Virus record (IMG/VR): IMGVR_UViG_2974587864_000001
DNA from: a virus
Taxonomy: Duplodnaviria > Heunggongvirae > Uroviricota > Caudoviricetes > Straboviridae
Reading direction: 5' to 3' (one strand)
DNA: 64,000 nt
Part shown: positions 1 through 7,710 of the stretch, in pieces
Layout of the letters: each line of letters opens with the position of its first letter
Numbering within the stretch: position 1 is the stretch's first letter
Made by a program: the position numbers and the translations under genes
The notes under the pieces: generated by a model
The model's database searches: none
What the model saw: only the letters and a program-made list of their open reading frames with translations
Told to the model about the DNA's origin: nothing

Positions 1-2
1 AG

Positions 3-131
3 CAAATACTTGTTGAAAAGATTCTCGATAAGTATTATCCTGTTCTTGCAGTGGACGACAGGGATACACCAGTCGGGATGTGGCGAATGAACGGCATCCC
101 ATGTTTCCAGGTTGATTACGGCGACTTCTAA
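3..131 (+). CDS. 3' end (last 42 codons) of an ORF that starts upstream of the window
   Basis: open frame from window edge to TAA at 129-131; no start visible. Confidence 0.3.
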   Translation, partial: QILVEKILDKYYPVLAVDDRDTPVGMWRMNGIPCFQVDYGDF

Positions 132-137
132 AAACAG

Positions 138-173
138 TTGACAGTTAGTGCGGGTGTGATAAGATACCCGCAC
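138..173 (+). promoter_or_regulatory. sigma70-type early promoter TTGACA-N16-TAAGAT with TG extension; 6-bp inverted repeat GCGGGT/ACCCGC brackets the -10
   Basis: TTGACA 138-143, TAAGAT 160-165, IR 151-156/166-171; 25 nt upstream of ATG 191 with AAGGAG RBS. Confidence 0.45.
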
Positions 174-190
174 AAACAAAGGAGAATATT

Positions 191-457
191 ATGGTTATTC
201 GTGAAAATGAAAATGTGATGGTTGAACTGGGTGATCGTGTTAAAGTTGAGAATCCTGTTGAACTTCAACTGAAACTCAACCAGTTAGGCCAGCGCATTGC
301 TGATAAAATTCCTGCTGGTTATACAGTGAAGATTGTCCGCGATGGTCAGTTCTCCTTCCTTCTGGGTATTTTGAGTCAACGTAACATCGTTGAACAACAG
401 TTCGGGATTCAATGGAATCCGGTATCTAAATTCGTAACATGGGCGGCAGTATTATGA
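191..457 (+). CDS. hypothetical protein (88 aa)
   Basis: ORF with AAGGAG RBS directly downstream of consensus early promoter. Confidence 0.6.
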   Translation: MVIRENENVMVELGDRVKVENPVELQLKLNQLGQRIADKIPAGYTVKIVRDGQFSFLLGILSQRNIVEQQFGIQWNPVSKFVTWAAVL

Positions 458-714
458 GCGAAAATGTAAAAATCAGGAAGATCCACCAGGCGTGGCTTTG
501 TACTGAAAAACAAATGCTTCGTTATGGCTGTGTGTTTGGACTGGTTGACAATGATCCGTTACAGGACATCGCAACAAGTCCGGTTGTAGAATACGCGATC
601 CCATCGAACAAATCGTTTGTTGAAGTGGTGACCCGTTCAGGAACTACGTATCACATCGTTGACCCTGATAAACATTTCATCAAAGACATTCTGAAATACA
701 TGGATGATAAATGA
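454..714 (+). CDS. hypothetical protein (~86 aa)
   Basis: ORF; likely start at ATG 454 overlapping upstream stop as ATGA (track start 439). Confidence 0.5.
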   Translation: MSENVKIRKIHQAWLCTEKQMLRYGCVFGLVDNDPLQDIATSPVVEYAIPSNKSFVEVVTRSGTTYHIVDPDKHFIKDILKYMDDK

Positions 715-1235
715 AACTACTTCACATGATCCGCGCTATACAGCATAGCCAGGCTTCTCGTTGCATTTCTACCCGTGTAGGCGCGGTGATTGTAATGAAT
801 GGGCGTGTTGTGTCGCAGGGTTCAAACAATACAGTTGATTCTGATTGTCGTTGCGCTGATCATAACGAGCATATGCTGAACGACGAAGGAAAGCTGAAAG
901 CGGTTCATCGTCCTGAACATTCTGCATGGTCGAACGATAACGAGATCCATGCCGAAATGAAAGCCTTGTTAAGTGCGCATACTAATGGTATCATGCTTAA
1001 CAATGCGGAGTTGTACACAACCGCATCGCCTTGCCCGAACTGCGCGAAACATATCGAATGGTATGCAGCAATCGGCGCAATCACAGCGGTTTATTATCTC
1101 GATAAATACGATCGTGGTAATGATGAATGGATTTCGCGTTTACAGAAATATGGCTGTATCGTGAAACAAATTAAACGGGAAGAGTTAGAACCTCATGTTA
1201 ACTTTTCCAGATTAGTGTTTAACAACAATGAGTAA
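711..1235 (+). CDS. cd: dCMP deaminase
   Basis: cytidine/deoxycytidylate deaminase zinc motifs HAEMKAL and SPCPNCAK; overall resemblance to T4 Cd. Confidence 0.85.
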   Translation: MKLLHMIRAIQHSQASRCISTRVGAVIVMNGRVVSQGSNNTVDSDCRCADHNEHMLNDEGKLKAVHRPEHSAWSNDNEIHAEMKALLSAHTNGIMLNNAELYTTASPCPNCAKHIEWYAAIGAITAVYYLDKYDRGNDEWISRLQKYGCIVKQIKREELEPHVNFSRLVFNNNE

Positions 1236-1584
1236 AGAAATGTCTGAACTGAAAGTAAAAGCATCCGGCGAATATGTAATTATCGAAGCTACTGCGCGTC
1301 CGCAGGGTTCCGAAATCAAATCTGAATCTGGCATCGTGGTTGGTGTACGCCAGCACGGGGAACAACCTTTCTATGGTAAAGTTGTTTCTGTAGGCGCAGA
1401 TGTTCCAGAAGAAGTGGCAGAACGTATCCTGGGTAAATTTATCCCACTGCCAAGCGCTCACATGGCGAATGTTCCTGACCCTGATCTGGTTGCGGGTTAC
1501 ATTTCCGAAAAAGAAGCAAAAGAGAAGGAAACAAAATACGTTTCCGCACATTACAAAGCAATCCAGGCAATCTACGAGATCTAA
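1228..1584 (+). CDS. 31: co-chaperonin GroES-like (T4 gp31 homolog) for capsid protein folding
   Basis: GEYVIIEA...SGIVVG pattern and C-terminal HYKAIQAIYEI matching T4 gp31 C-terminus (..CHYKAIPCLYK); adjacent to cd as in T4. Confidence 0.75.
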   Translation: MSKEMSELKVKASGEYVIIEATARPQGSEIKSESGIVVGVRQHGEQPFYGKVVSVGADVPEEVAERILGKFIPLPSAHMANVPDPDLVAGYISEKEAKEKETKYVSAHYKAIQAIYEI

Positions 1585-1586
1585 AA

Positions 1587-1838
1587 ATGGCTAAATCTAT
1601 TCAAGCAATTATCGCTGATACCGTCAGCAAATCCAAAAAGCTGTTCGACAAAGGCGAAATTCTGGAAGCCCCAGCGCGTATTGACGTAATGACAGCAATG
1701 ATCATTGATGCGCATCAGGGTAAACTTAAATCCCGTGCCGATGAAGTCATGGCGTACATCGTCCAGTTCGAAGACGTATGTAAGTACGCGAAAGATGTTG
1801 ATCCGCTGGTTCGCGAAATCTATCGCAAACAGTTCTAA
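1587..1838 (+). CDS. hypothetical protein (83 aa)
   Basis: ORF starting 3 nt after gp31 stop. Confidence 0.5.
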   Translation: MAKSIQAIIADTVSKSKKLFDKGEILEAPARIDVMTAMIIDAHQGKLKSRADEVMAYIVQFEDVCKYAKDVDPLVREIYRKQF

Positions 1839-1845
1839 AAAATTT

Positions 1846-1921
1846 GCAGGTGTAGTTCAATTGGTAGAATATCTGGTTTCCATCCAGATTGTTGAGGGTT
1901 CGAGTCCCTTCACCTGCTCCA
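1846..1921 (+). tRNA. tRNA-Gly (anticodon UCC)
   Basis: cloverleaf readable: acceptor GCAGGTG/CACCTGC, D-arm GTTCAATTGGTAGAAT, anticodon loop TTTCCAT (TCC), T-arm GGGTTCGAGTCCC, discriminator T then CCA encoded. Confidence 0.85.
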
Positions 1922-2070
1922 ATTCGGGTGCGTAGCGCAATGCCGTTAAATGGTTCGGAATATGCAACCATATCCTACGGGATAGGCTCTGTTGGTATCC
2001 GGTAATAGGTTCCCCGGAATGCGGGGTGAAGTAAAGAAACTTCCAGCCCATCAAACAATGCGAGATTTAT

Positions 2071-2355
2071 ATGAAACTTCGTGAAAATACGGCGTATGAC
2101 TCTAAGTTAGACAGAACAATCCACACGTTCAAAGTGATTACGCCAGCGCAATTCAAAGAGCGGTACGGCATTACATTCAACGAATGGAAAGCGGGGTTGT
2201 GTAAAAACGATTACCGATATAAATTAAAATTCCGTGAATGTTATGTTGATGACGATCCTTATGCAGCAGATGTATGTGGTGAAACAGTACCAATTATCGA
2301 GAATTCGCCCGACGCACTAATCCAATCTTGTATAGACGCAGCATATGAAATTTAA
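2071..2355 (+). CDS. hypothetical protein (94 aa)
   Basis: ORF. Confidence 0.5.
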   Translation: MKLRENTAYDSKLDRTIHTFKVITPAQFKERYGITFNEWKAGLCKNDYRYKLKFRECYVDDDPYAADVCGETVPIIENSPDALIQSCIDAAYEI

Positions 2356-2366
2356 AAGAGAAAAAT

Positions 2367-2786
2367 ATGAAAGGTCTTCAAAAGCTGTTTGAATTAACCC
2401 CAAAAATTCGCGAAATCGTCGCTGCATCAACTGAAAAAGAAATCAACGGTAAATTGATGAAACTGTTTACCGAAGAAATCCCAGATTTCGATAACGAATA
2501 CCGTAAAGCGTTCGATGCGTATTCTGTTGATGGTTTCTTTGCATCACCGCAGGTGAATAGCAAACACGAATATCATCGACGATTCTTTGACTGGTCGATC
2601 GTCAATATCGTTCGTCGAACTGACATCGAACCTACAAACCATCAATTGATCTCTATGGATTCTTCTGTATTCTTTATCCAGTACCTTATCACTGGTGGAT
2701 TTAAAGCAGAAGGTATCCCGTTCTGTAACGAAGCTCTGGAAGAAGAGTTCGCAGAAGCGTATAAGTATATCAAAGCAGTTCGTTAA
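2367..2786 (+). CDS. hypothetical protein (139 aa)
   Basis: ORF with AGAGAAAAA-ATG spacing; followed by terminator. Confidence 0.55.
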   Translation: MKGLQKLFELTPKIREIVAASTEKEINGKLMKLFTEEIPDFDNEYRKAFDAYSVDGFFASPQVNSKHEYHRRFFDWSIVNIVRRTDIEPTNHQLISMDSSVFFIQYLITGGFKAEGIPFCNEALEEEFAEAYKYIKAVR

Positions 2787-2791
2787 TCAAC

Positions 2792-2816
2792 AGGCTATCT
2801 TCGGATAGCCTTTTTT
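2792..2816 (+). terminator. rho-independent terminator
   Basis: AGGCTATC-TTCG-GATAGCCT hairpin followed by TTTTTT. Confidence 0.65.
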
Positions 2817-2828
2817 CTGGAGAAGCAT

Positions 2829-3398
2829 ATGCGCTTTTTGAAATACGCAAGCTGGCTTGTACTGGTTCCCCTGGATATTCTTTCGGGTGTTCTGGCTATT
2901 CTGCTGGCTCCTTTCGTGGTTCCGTTCTATAGTGAAGAAACCGGACACTTACCTAAAGGGTTCCGTTGGATGGAAACATTCGATAACCCGATCGATGGTG
3001 ATGGTGGACATATCCGGCGTTGGGCTAACATCCGGTATCACTTAGGCGCTCTGGGTGTGTATGCGCAACGTGTAGGCTGGTTGTGGCGTAACAAGGCGTA
3101 TAACTTCGCTTATAACGTCTTAGGGCGTGAAGCACAATCAGACTTCGCCTGGAAGGGCAACCCGAAAACAGAAGGTGGTTCCGATCCATCACGTCACGGT
3201 TATCTGTTGATGTGGAATGATTCGGCATGGGGGCTTTATGTCTTCAAACCGTGGCTTAAAGTCGGAAAGGTTCAGTTCTGCTTACGCGTGTATTGCGGGT
3301 GGAAACTGAAACAGGAAGTAACTGACCCTAACGGGCTGGATCGTGCAATGCTGGCGTTCCATATCAACCCGTTGCGTTATTATGTCGTAGAAAGGTAA
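2829..3398 (+). CDS. membrane protein, unknown function (189 aa, N-terminal TM helix)
   Basis: ORF with GGAGAAG RBS; hydrophobic N-terminus [25 protein letters not shown]. Confidence 0.55.
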   Translation: MRFLKYASWLVLVPLDILSGVLAILLAPFVVPFYSEETGHLPKGFRWMETFDNPIDGDGGHIRRWANIRYHLGALGVYAQRVGWLWRNKAYNFAYNVLGREAQSDFAWKGNPKTEGGSDPSRHGYLLMWNDSAWGLYVFKPWLKVGKVQFCLRVYCGWKLKQEVTDPNGLDRAMLAFHINPLRYYVVER

Positions 3399-3402
3399 TA
3401 CA

Positions 3403-3765
3403 ATGAAAGCATATCAGATTTTAGAAGGTTTACACACTGGTACAATCTACCTGGAAGAAGGTAATGATGTTCGTGTGGTGGTATCCAAAACCCTCGAAAT
3501 GGATTCAGTGATCGGTAAAGCTCGCGTTGCTCCATTCGCAAAACGTGAAGTCGATATTGAATTTCAACCCACTGTTAAAGTGGAAGGTGGACAACACTTA
3601 AACGTAAACGTGTTGCGCCGTGAAACTCTGGAAGATGCTGTGAAGCATCCAGAAAAATACCCGCAGTTAACGATCCGTGTGTCCGGCTATGCAGTGCGTT
3701 TCAATTCACTGACTCCCGAACAACAGCGCGACGTTATCGCCCGAACCTTTACAGAGAGTCTATAA
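3403..3765 (+). CDS. grcA: autonomous glycyl radical cofactor (GrcA/YfiD-like; T4 Y06I-like)
   Basis: C-terminal ~60 aa ([61 protein letters not shown]) matches the glycyl-radical domain of E. coli GrcA/PflB C-terminus essentially residue for residue (from memory). Confidence 0.85.
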   Translation: MKAYQILEGLHTGTIYLEEGNDVRVVVSKTLEMDSVIGKARVAPFAKREVDIEFQPTVKVEGGQHLNVNVLRRETLEDAVKHPEKYPQLTIRVSGYAVRFNSLTPEQQRDVIARTFTESL

Positions 3766-4046
3766 TGGCGATTGAAGACGTACAGGGCTATAAGCCCCAC
3801 TCGAAAGAAAAGATCGACAAAGTAAACCGCATCAAGGCCGCAGAAGTTGCCCTGGGCGAAATCTTCAAAGAACTGGATGAAGAGTATTCAAGTGATTATG
3901 CGGTATCCGATACCGATTCGTTCACTACAGAAGAACTCGATGCGATGCTTGAACGTATCCATCAAATCCAAAAGGCGAAAGACCGACTGAAAGAAGCCTC
4001 TATGTGGGCGTGTCGTGCGGTGTTCCAGCCAGAAGAAAAGTATTAA
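3765..4046 (+). CDS. hypothetical protein (93 aa)
   Basis: ORF, ATGA-type overlap with grcA-like gene. Confidence 0.5.
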   Translation: MAIEDVQGYKPHSKEKIDKVNRIKAAEVALGEIFKELDEEYSSDYAVSDTDSFTTEELDAMLERIHQIQKAKDRLKEASMWACRAVFQPEEKY

Positions 4047-4053
4047 AAATCAA

Positions 4054-4082
4054 GCCGTTGCCGAAAGGTAGCGGCTTTTTTC
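4054..4082 (+). terminator. rho-independent terminator (imperfect hairpin + T-run)
   Basis: GCCGTTGCC-GAAAG-GTAGCGGC followed by TTTTTT. Confidence 0.5.
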
Positions 4083-4117
4083 GTTTTTATGCAAAATAAT
4101 GCTTGCACTGAATCGTG

Positions 4118-4168
4118 AGTGTGGTAAAGTACACACATCGAAACGAAACAGAGAAAAGGAACGAGAAA
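4118..4168 (+). promoter_or_regulatory. promoter/leader cassette: extended -10-like TGGTAAAGT followed by conserved leader ACACACATCGAAACGAAACAGAG
   Basis: same 5' leader recurs at >=8 other gene starts in the window; TGCTT (MotA-box-like) at 4101-4105. Confidence 0.4.
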
Positions 4169-4369
4169 ATGATTAAATTAAACCCAATCGACGCAGCAAA
4201 ACATTTCGTAGTAGTTGATAATGGTGTTGTGGTTGCAGAAGTTAAGGAAATCGCTTTCTCTGACCCAGACGCGGAAATGAAAAGAATGGGCTACTCTTAC
4301 CGGATCGAGCACAAAAACGGTGAAGTAGAATACGCCGACGATATCTCTGACGTTCAGGCGAAATTCTAA
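4169..4369 (+). CDS. hypothetical protein (66 aa)
   Basis: ATG 4169 preceded by AAGGAACGAG RBS inside conserved leader; track ORF start 4115 lies inside leader and is rejected. Confidence 0.55.
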   Translation: MIKLNPIDAAKHFVVVDNGVVVAEVKEIAFSDPDAEMKRMGYSYRIEHKNGEVEYADDISDVQAKF

Positions 4370-4375
4370 AAAGTT

Positions 4376-4405
4376 GTTGACCTAATCTGGGGGCTGTGAG
4401 AATAT
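4376..4405 (+). promoter_or_regulatory. sigma70-type early promoter TTGACC-N17-GAATAT with IR GGGGCT/AGCCCC bracketing the -10
   Basis: same architecture (IR-gtga-[-10]-IR) as promoter at 138; followed by shortened leader CCATCGAAACGAAACTGAGG. Confidence 0.4.
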
Positions 4406-4437
4406 AGCCCCATCGAAACGAAACTGAGGATGACATT

Positions 4438-4728
4438 ATGAAAACTTACAACATGAAAGAACTGGTTTGCTTCAACACTCGTCGTGAAGCCCGTGCGTAT
4501 GTTCTGGCTGCTGGTAAAAATACCTCTGCTGTAATCGACCTGGGTACTGATAAAGATGTTGGCGCACGTTGGGCTGCTGTTGTGGTTATCGCTGCTCCTG
4601 TGACTCCTGTTAAAACTCTGGTTCTGGGTGCGCGTAAAGCCGAAACTCTGAAAACCAGCACTTGCAATAACAGAGGTGTTCATAATGTCACCGTCATCAA
4701 AAAACGTAGCTTTGGTTTGAGGGCTTAA
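4438..4728 (+). CDS. hypothetical protein (96 aa)
   Basis: ORF with GAGGATGACATT-ATG. Confidence 0.55.
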   Translation: MKTYNMKELVCFNTRREARAYVLAAGKNTSAVIDLGTDKDVGARWAAVVVIAAPVTPVKTLVLGARKAETLKTSTCNNRGVHNVTVIKKRSFGLRA

Positions 4729-4731
4729 CCA

Positions 4732-4962
4732 ATGAGTACCAAAGAATTAGAACAGAAAGTAATGGGGTTCATGAGTAACAGCGAAGATCGCTATGCAAAA
4801 CACCTCATTGTCGAACTGATCACCGCGTTACGTCGCCGCGACAAAGAGATCGAAGAACTTAAAAATGCATCGGTTCAGGTTGTCTATAAAGATCGCGAGC
4901 GTAGTAGCTGGGAAAAAGAATGGGATGCAAACCCCCAAGACCGCCACCTTTTCGGGAAATAA
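4732..4962 (+). CDS. hypothetical protein (76 aa)
   Basis: ORF. Confidence 0.5.
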   Translation: MSTKELEQKVMGFMSNSEDRYAKHLIVELITALRRRDKEIEELKNASVQVVYKDRERSSWEKEWDANPQDRHLFGK

Positions 4963-4964
4963 TC

Positions 4965-5192
4965 ATGAGTTCCATTAACACAGAAAAAGATTTTGTGATG
5001 TTTGTTGGGGTACAGACTGTAAAGAAAGATATCTTCGGTAAACTGTATCTGTCAAACGACGATCGCAACCCCGCATCATTCGAAACCGATGAAGATGCAT
5101 ATATCGCGAAGAACAACAGCGATAACGAAGACATTCGCCAGTATGCGCGGATCTATAACCGTGAAGTAACAACCCGTCTGGAGAGAGCATGA
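4965..5192 (+). CDS. hypothetical protein (75 aa)
   Basis: ATG 4965 right after upstream stop (track start 4920 overlaps upstream gene in another frame). Confidence 0.45.
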   Translation: MSSINTEKDFVMFVGVQTVKKDIFGKLYLSNDDRNPASFETDEDAYIAKNNSDNEDIRQYARIYNREVTTRLERA

Positions 5193-5440
5193 TGCGAGAA
5201 GGTATTGAAGTAAGAACGTTCCAGTTCGAAATGCGTCGTATCCCAGAAGCATCAATGAATCTCATTCGAGAACACAACGTGAAAATCGTAGAAATTGATG
5301 CATACGCGGGTACTGATCTTTATAATGATGCGAAGATTGACAGCATTGATTTAGACCTTGAGGGTGATATCGGGGATCTGAATAAGCTGGCTATTGCATT
5401 GAATGCAGAAACCAACAAATACGGGTATACAATCAAATGA
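5189..5440 (+). CDS. hypothetical protein (83 aa)
   Basis: ORF, ATGA overlap. Confidence 0.5.
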   Translation: MMREGIEVRTFQFEMRRIPEASMNLIREHNVKIVEIDAYAGTDLYNDAKIDSIDLDLEGDIGDLNKLAIALNAETNKYGYTIK

Positions 5441-5667
5441 AATATATTCTCGAATATCATGAGCATCAAATTACCGAAGCAATGATCGATAAGATGCGGG
5501 TATATAACCAAAACATTACCAGCATCAAACCGCTATCAGTGTGTCGTGAATTTGGGGGATACTCCTTCGCGATGTACACAAATTCCGAAGACGACGCAAC
5601 CGCGTATCTGAAAAGTATCGGTGCAATATTCGACAAATTCGAAAAAGTATGGAAGGTAGGTTTCTAA
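5437..5667 (+). CDS. hypothetical protein (76 aa)
   Basis: ORF, ATGA overlap. Confidence 0.5.
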   Translation: MKYILEYHEHQITEAMIDKMRVYNQNITSIKPLSVCREFGGYSFAMYTNSEDDATAYLKSIGAIFDKFEKVWKVGF

Positions 5668-5828
5668 TGAAAAAGTATTTTATTGAAGCGGCAGATCGTA
5701 TCGTTCTTGCTCTGTTGAACTGGAACCGTCGCCAGGATGTCTCTATCATGGCATCAACCAACGGGACAACATATGACCGTTATGATCCGGCGCGTGGACT
5801 CCATAAACCTTACGAGGTGAAAGAGTGA
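5667..5828 (+). CDS. small hypothetical protein (53 aa)
   Basis: ORF below track threshold; ATG overlaps upstream stop (TAATG). Confidence 0.3.
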   Translation: MKKYFIEAADRIVLALLNWNRRQDVSIMASTNGTTYDRYDPARGLHKPYEVKE

Positions 5829-6129
5829 ATGTCGAAACGATGGATGTAATGTTGGTCATTGTATCTTTTATTTTGGGTTATTGGGCGGCATCATGAAATA
5901 CTATGGATTCAAAACGAGTCATTTCGGTAAAGCATACCGCACTGACAACATCGATCGCAAACGTCCGTACTATGATTCACTGGTACGCGCAGGGCGCAAA
6001 CGTGCTCGCCAGGAAGGGAAGAAGCAAGGAGAATCCGAGTTATGAACTGGAAACAAATAGTCGGAATTATTGCAGGTGTTATCATCGGGCGCGGTTTGTA
6101 TGATCTAATCTTTTCGGCGGGGGTTCATT

Positions 6130-6570
6130 ATGGACATTGGTTCGGGTAGTCAATATCCATCATGCGCATTGAGCAACTTCTCCCCGCATCCGTTCACGTT
6201 CGACGGGGTAGAGTGTGCATCAATGGAGGGCTTTTTACAAAGCCTGAAATTCAGTAATCCAGATATGCAAGCGCATGTGTGTACGCTGGTTGGTAAAGCC
6301 GCCAAGTTCAAAGGCAAGAAAAAGAAATGGTATCGCGATCAGACCTTATACTGGAAGGGTACACCGATTCACCGTGAGTCCGAAGCGTATCAGATTCTTA
6401 TCGAAAACGCGTACAATGCTCTTTTCCTGAATGACGGGTTCCGCCGTGCGCTGGCTGCAACCGGAAAAAGTACCTTGACTCATTCAATGGGAAAGAATAA
6501 GATGAATGAAACGGTACTCACTGAACGCGAGTTTGTCCGAAATTTAACCCGATTGAGAGATCTGTTATGA
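6130..6570 (+). CDS. NADAR-domain protein (YbiA/DUF1768-like; NAD- and ADP-ribose-associated, putative ADP-ribosyl hydrolase)
   Basis: motifs FSNFSPHPF..DG...S.EGFLQSLKF ... KF.. ... ENAYNALFLNDGFRRALAATG characteristic of NADAR/YbiA family. Confidence 0.65.
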   Translation: MDIGSGSQYPSCALSNFSPHPFTFDGVECASMEGFLQSLKFSNPDMQAHVCTLVGKAAKFKGKKKKWYRDQTLYWKGTPIHRESEAYQILIENAYNALFLNDGFRRALAATGKSTLTHSMGKNKMNETVLTEREFVRNLTRLRDLL

Positions 6571-6845
6571 TAGAGTATAAAGATTATGATGAAAGAGTAG
6601 AATGCGCGTTCCTGTTCAAAGGCGCGATTAACCCGCTGGCATTACTCCACGCGCAGGGCGCTTTGAGTTCTACCCTGATTATGGGTGTTATCTACAAAGC
6701 GGGTGTGTATTACGTTACCATCGGCGCGAACAACATTAACGTGATCAACAGCTACGTTGAAAAATGTAAGCTGAGAGATATTGTTTTCGATAAAGTCGAA
6801 ATGGATGTTCCGGGCTTCGATGCTGTTTATATGTACAAGGGTTGA
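6567..6845 (+). CDS. hypothetical protein (92 aa)
   Basis: ORF, ATGA overlap. Confidence 0.5.
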   Translation: MIEYKDYDERVECAFLFKGAINPLALLHAQGALSSTLIMGVIYKAGVYYVTIGANNINVINSYVEKCKLRDIVFDKVEMDVPGFDAVYMYKG

Positions 6846-7096
6846 TAATGGAATACGCAGTTATTTTCGAATGTAGTGATATTGATTCTGTCGTGTTCTC
6901 GCTTGCGCGTAAGTGCAATCAGGATGTTGTGTCTGTAGAGACATATCGCCGTGATATGCGCCCATCACCAGAACCGACTACATTCATTCGTATTGGGTTC
7001 AAATCGAATCGTCGTTTTGAAATGGATATGTTTCTTGCGTCATTAAATGCTCGCAAATCTGAAATATTTTATGACCGTTATGAGGTTAAATCTTGA
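6842..7096 (+). CDS. hypothetical protein (84 aa)
   Basis: ORF, ATGA overlap. Confidence 0.5.
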   Translation: MIMEYAVIFECSDIDSVVFSLARKCNQDVVSVETYRRDMRPSPEPTTFIRIGFKSNRRFEMDMFLASLNARKSEIFYDRYEVKS

Positions 7097-7710
7097 AACC
7101 AGTTATTCTTACCGACATTGACGGGATCGTCGTAAAATGGCAAAGCGGCCTCCCGTTCTTTTTGTCAAAACACAACATGCCGACCGATATTGCCCTGGAT
7201 ATGGTTACGGATGAAAAGTTCCGTGATATGACCGAAATCTTCGGGTGTGATCATCAACTGGCGAAAATCTTAATGGAAGAATACAATAACAGTTCGTTTA
7301 TTCGCTATCTAAGCGCGTATGACGATGCGTTAATTGTGATCAACCGTCTGAAAACCAAATACGATTTCGTGGCTGTCACGGCGCTGGGAACCACTCCTAC
7401 GGCAAGCCTTAACCGTATTGCGAACCTGAATACGCTGTTCCCTTCTGCATTCAAAGAAGTGATGGTTGTCGGGCATGGTGAAACCAAAGTACACCGCTAT
7501 CTGGAAGCGAAAGCCAAATATGGTAATCGTCTGGTTTGCTTCGTTGATGATCTTGCGGTAAACTTAAACGAATGTCATAACGTCATCAGTCAGTTGCCGT
7601 TATTCCATATGTTGCGTGGTGAACGTGAAACCCCGTGGTCGCCTCACCAGTCAGTTAAATCATGGTTTGAAATCGAAGAGAAATTAAATGATCTTACAGA
7701 TTCTAAATGA
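7093..7710 (+). CDS. HAD-superfamily hydrolase, 5'(3')-deoxyribonucleotidase-like
   Basis: N-terminal ILTDIDGIV (DxDG nucleophile motif) and later VDD motif typical of HAD phosphatases/NT5C-type nucleotidases. Confidence 0.5.
   Translation: MKPVILTDIDGIVVKWQSGLPFFLSKHNMPTDIALDMVTDEKFRDMTEIFGCDHQLAKILMEEYNNSSFIRYLSAYDDALIVINRLKTKYDFVAVTALGTTPTASLNRIANLNTLFPSAFKEVMVVGHGETKVHRYLEAKAKYGNRLVCFVDDLAVNLNECHNVISQLPLFHMLRGERETPWSPHQSVKSWFEIEEKLNDLTDSK

Noticed and set aside
4115-4369. Track start codons placed inside the conserved leader (4115, 18739, 25657, 30278, 46637, 48371, 52431, 55497)
   Set aside because: In each case an internal ATG sits at the canonical distance from the AGGA/GGAGG element of the repeated leader. 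The longer N-terminal extensions would translate the promoter/leader (YTHRNETEKRNE-type peptides recur, which is the leader read in frame).
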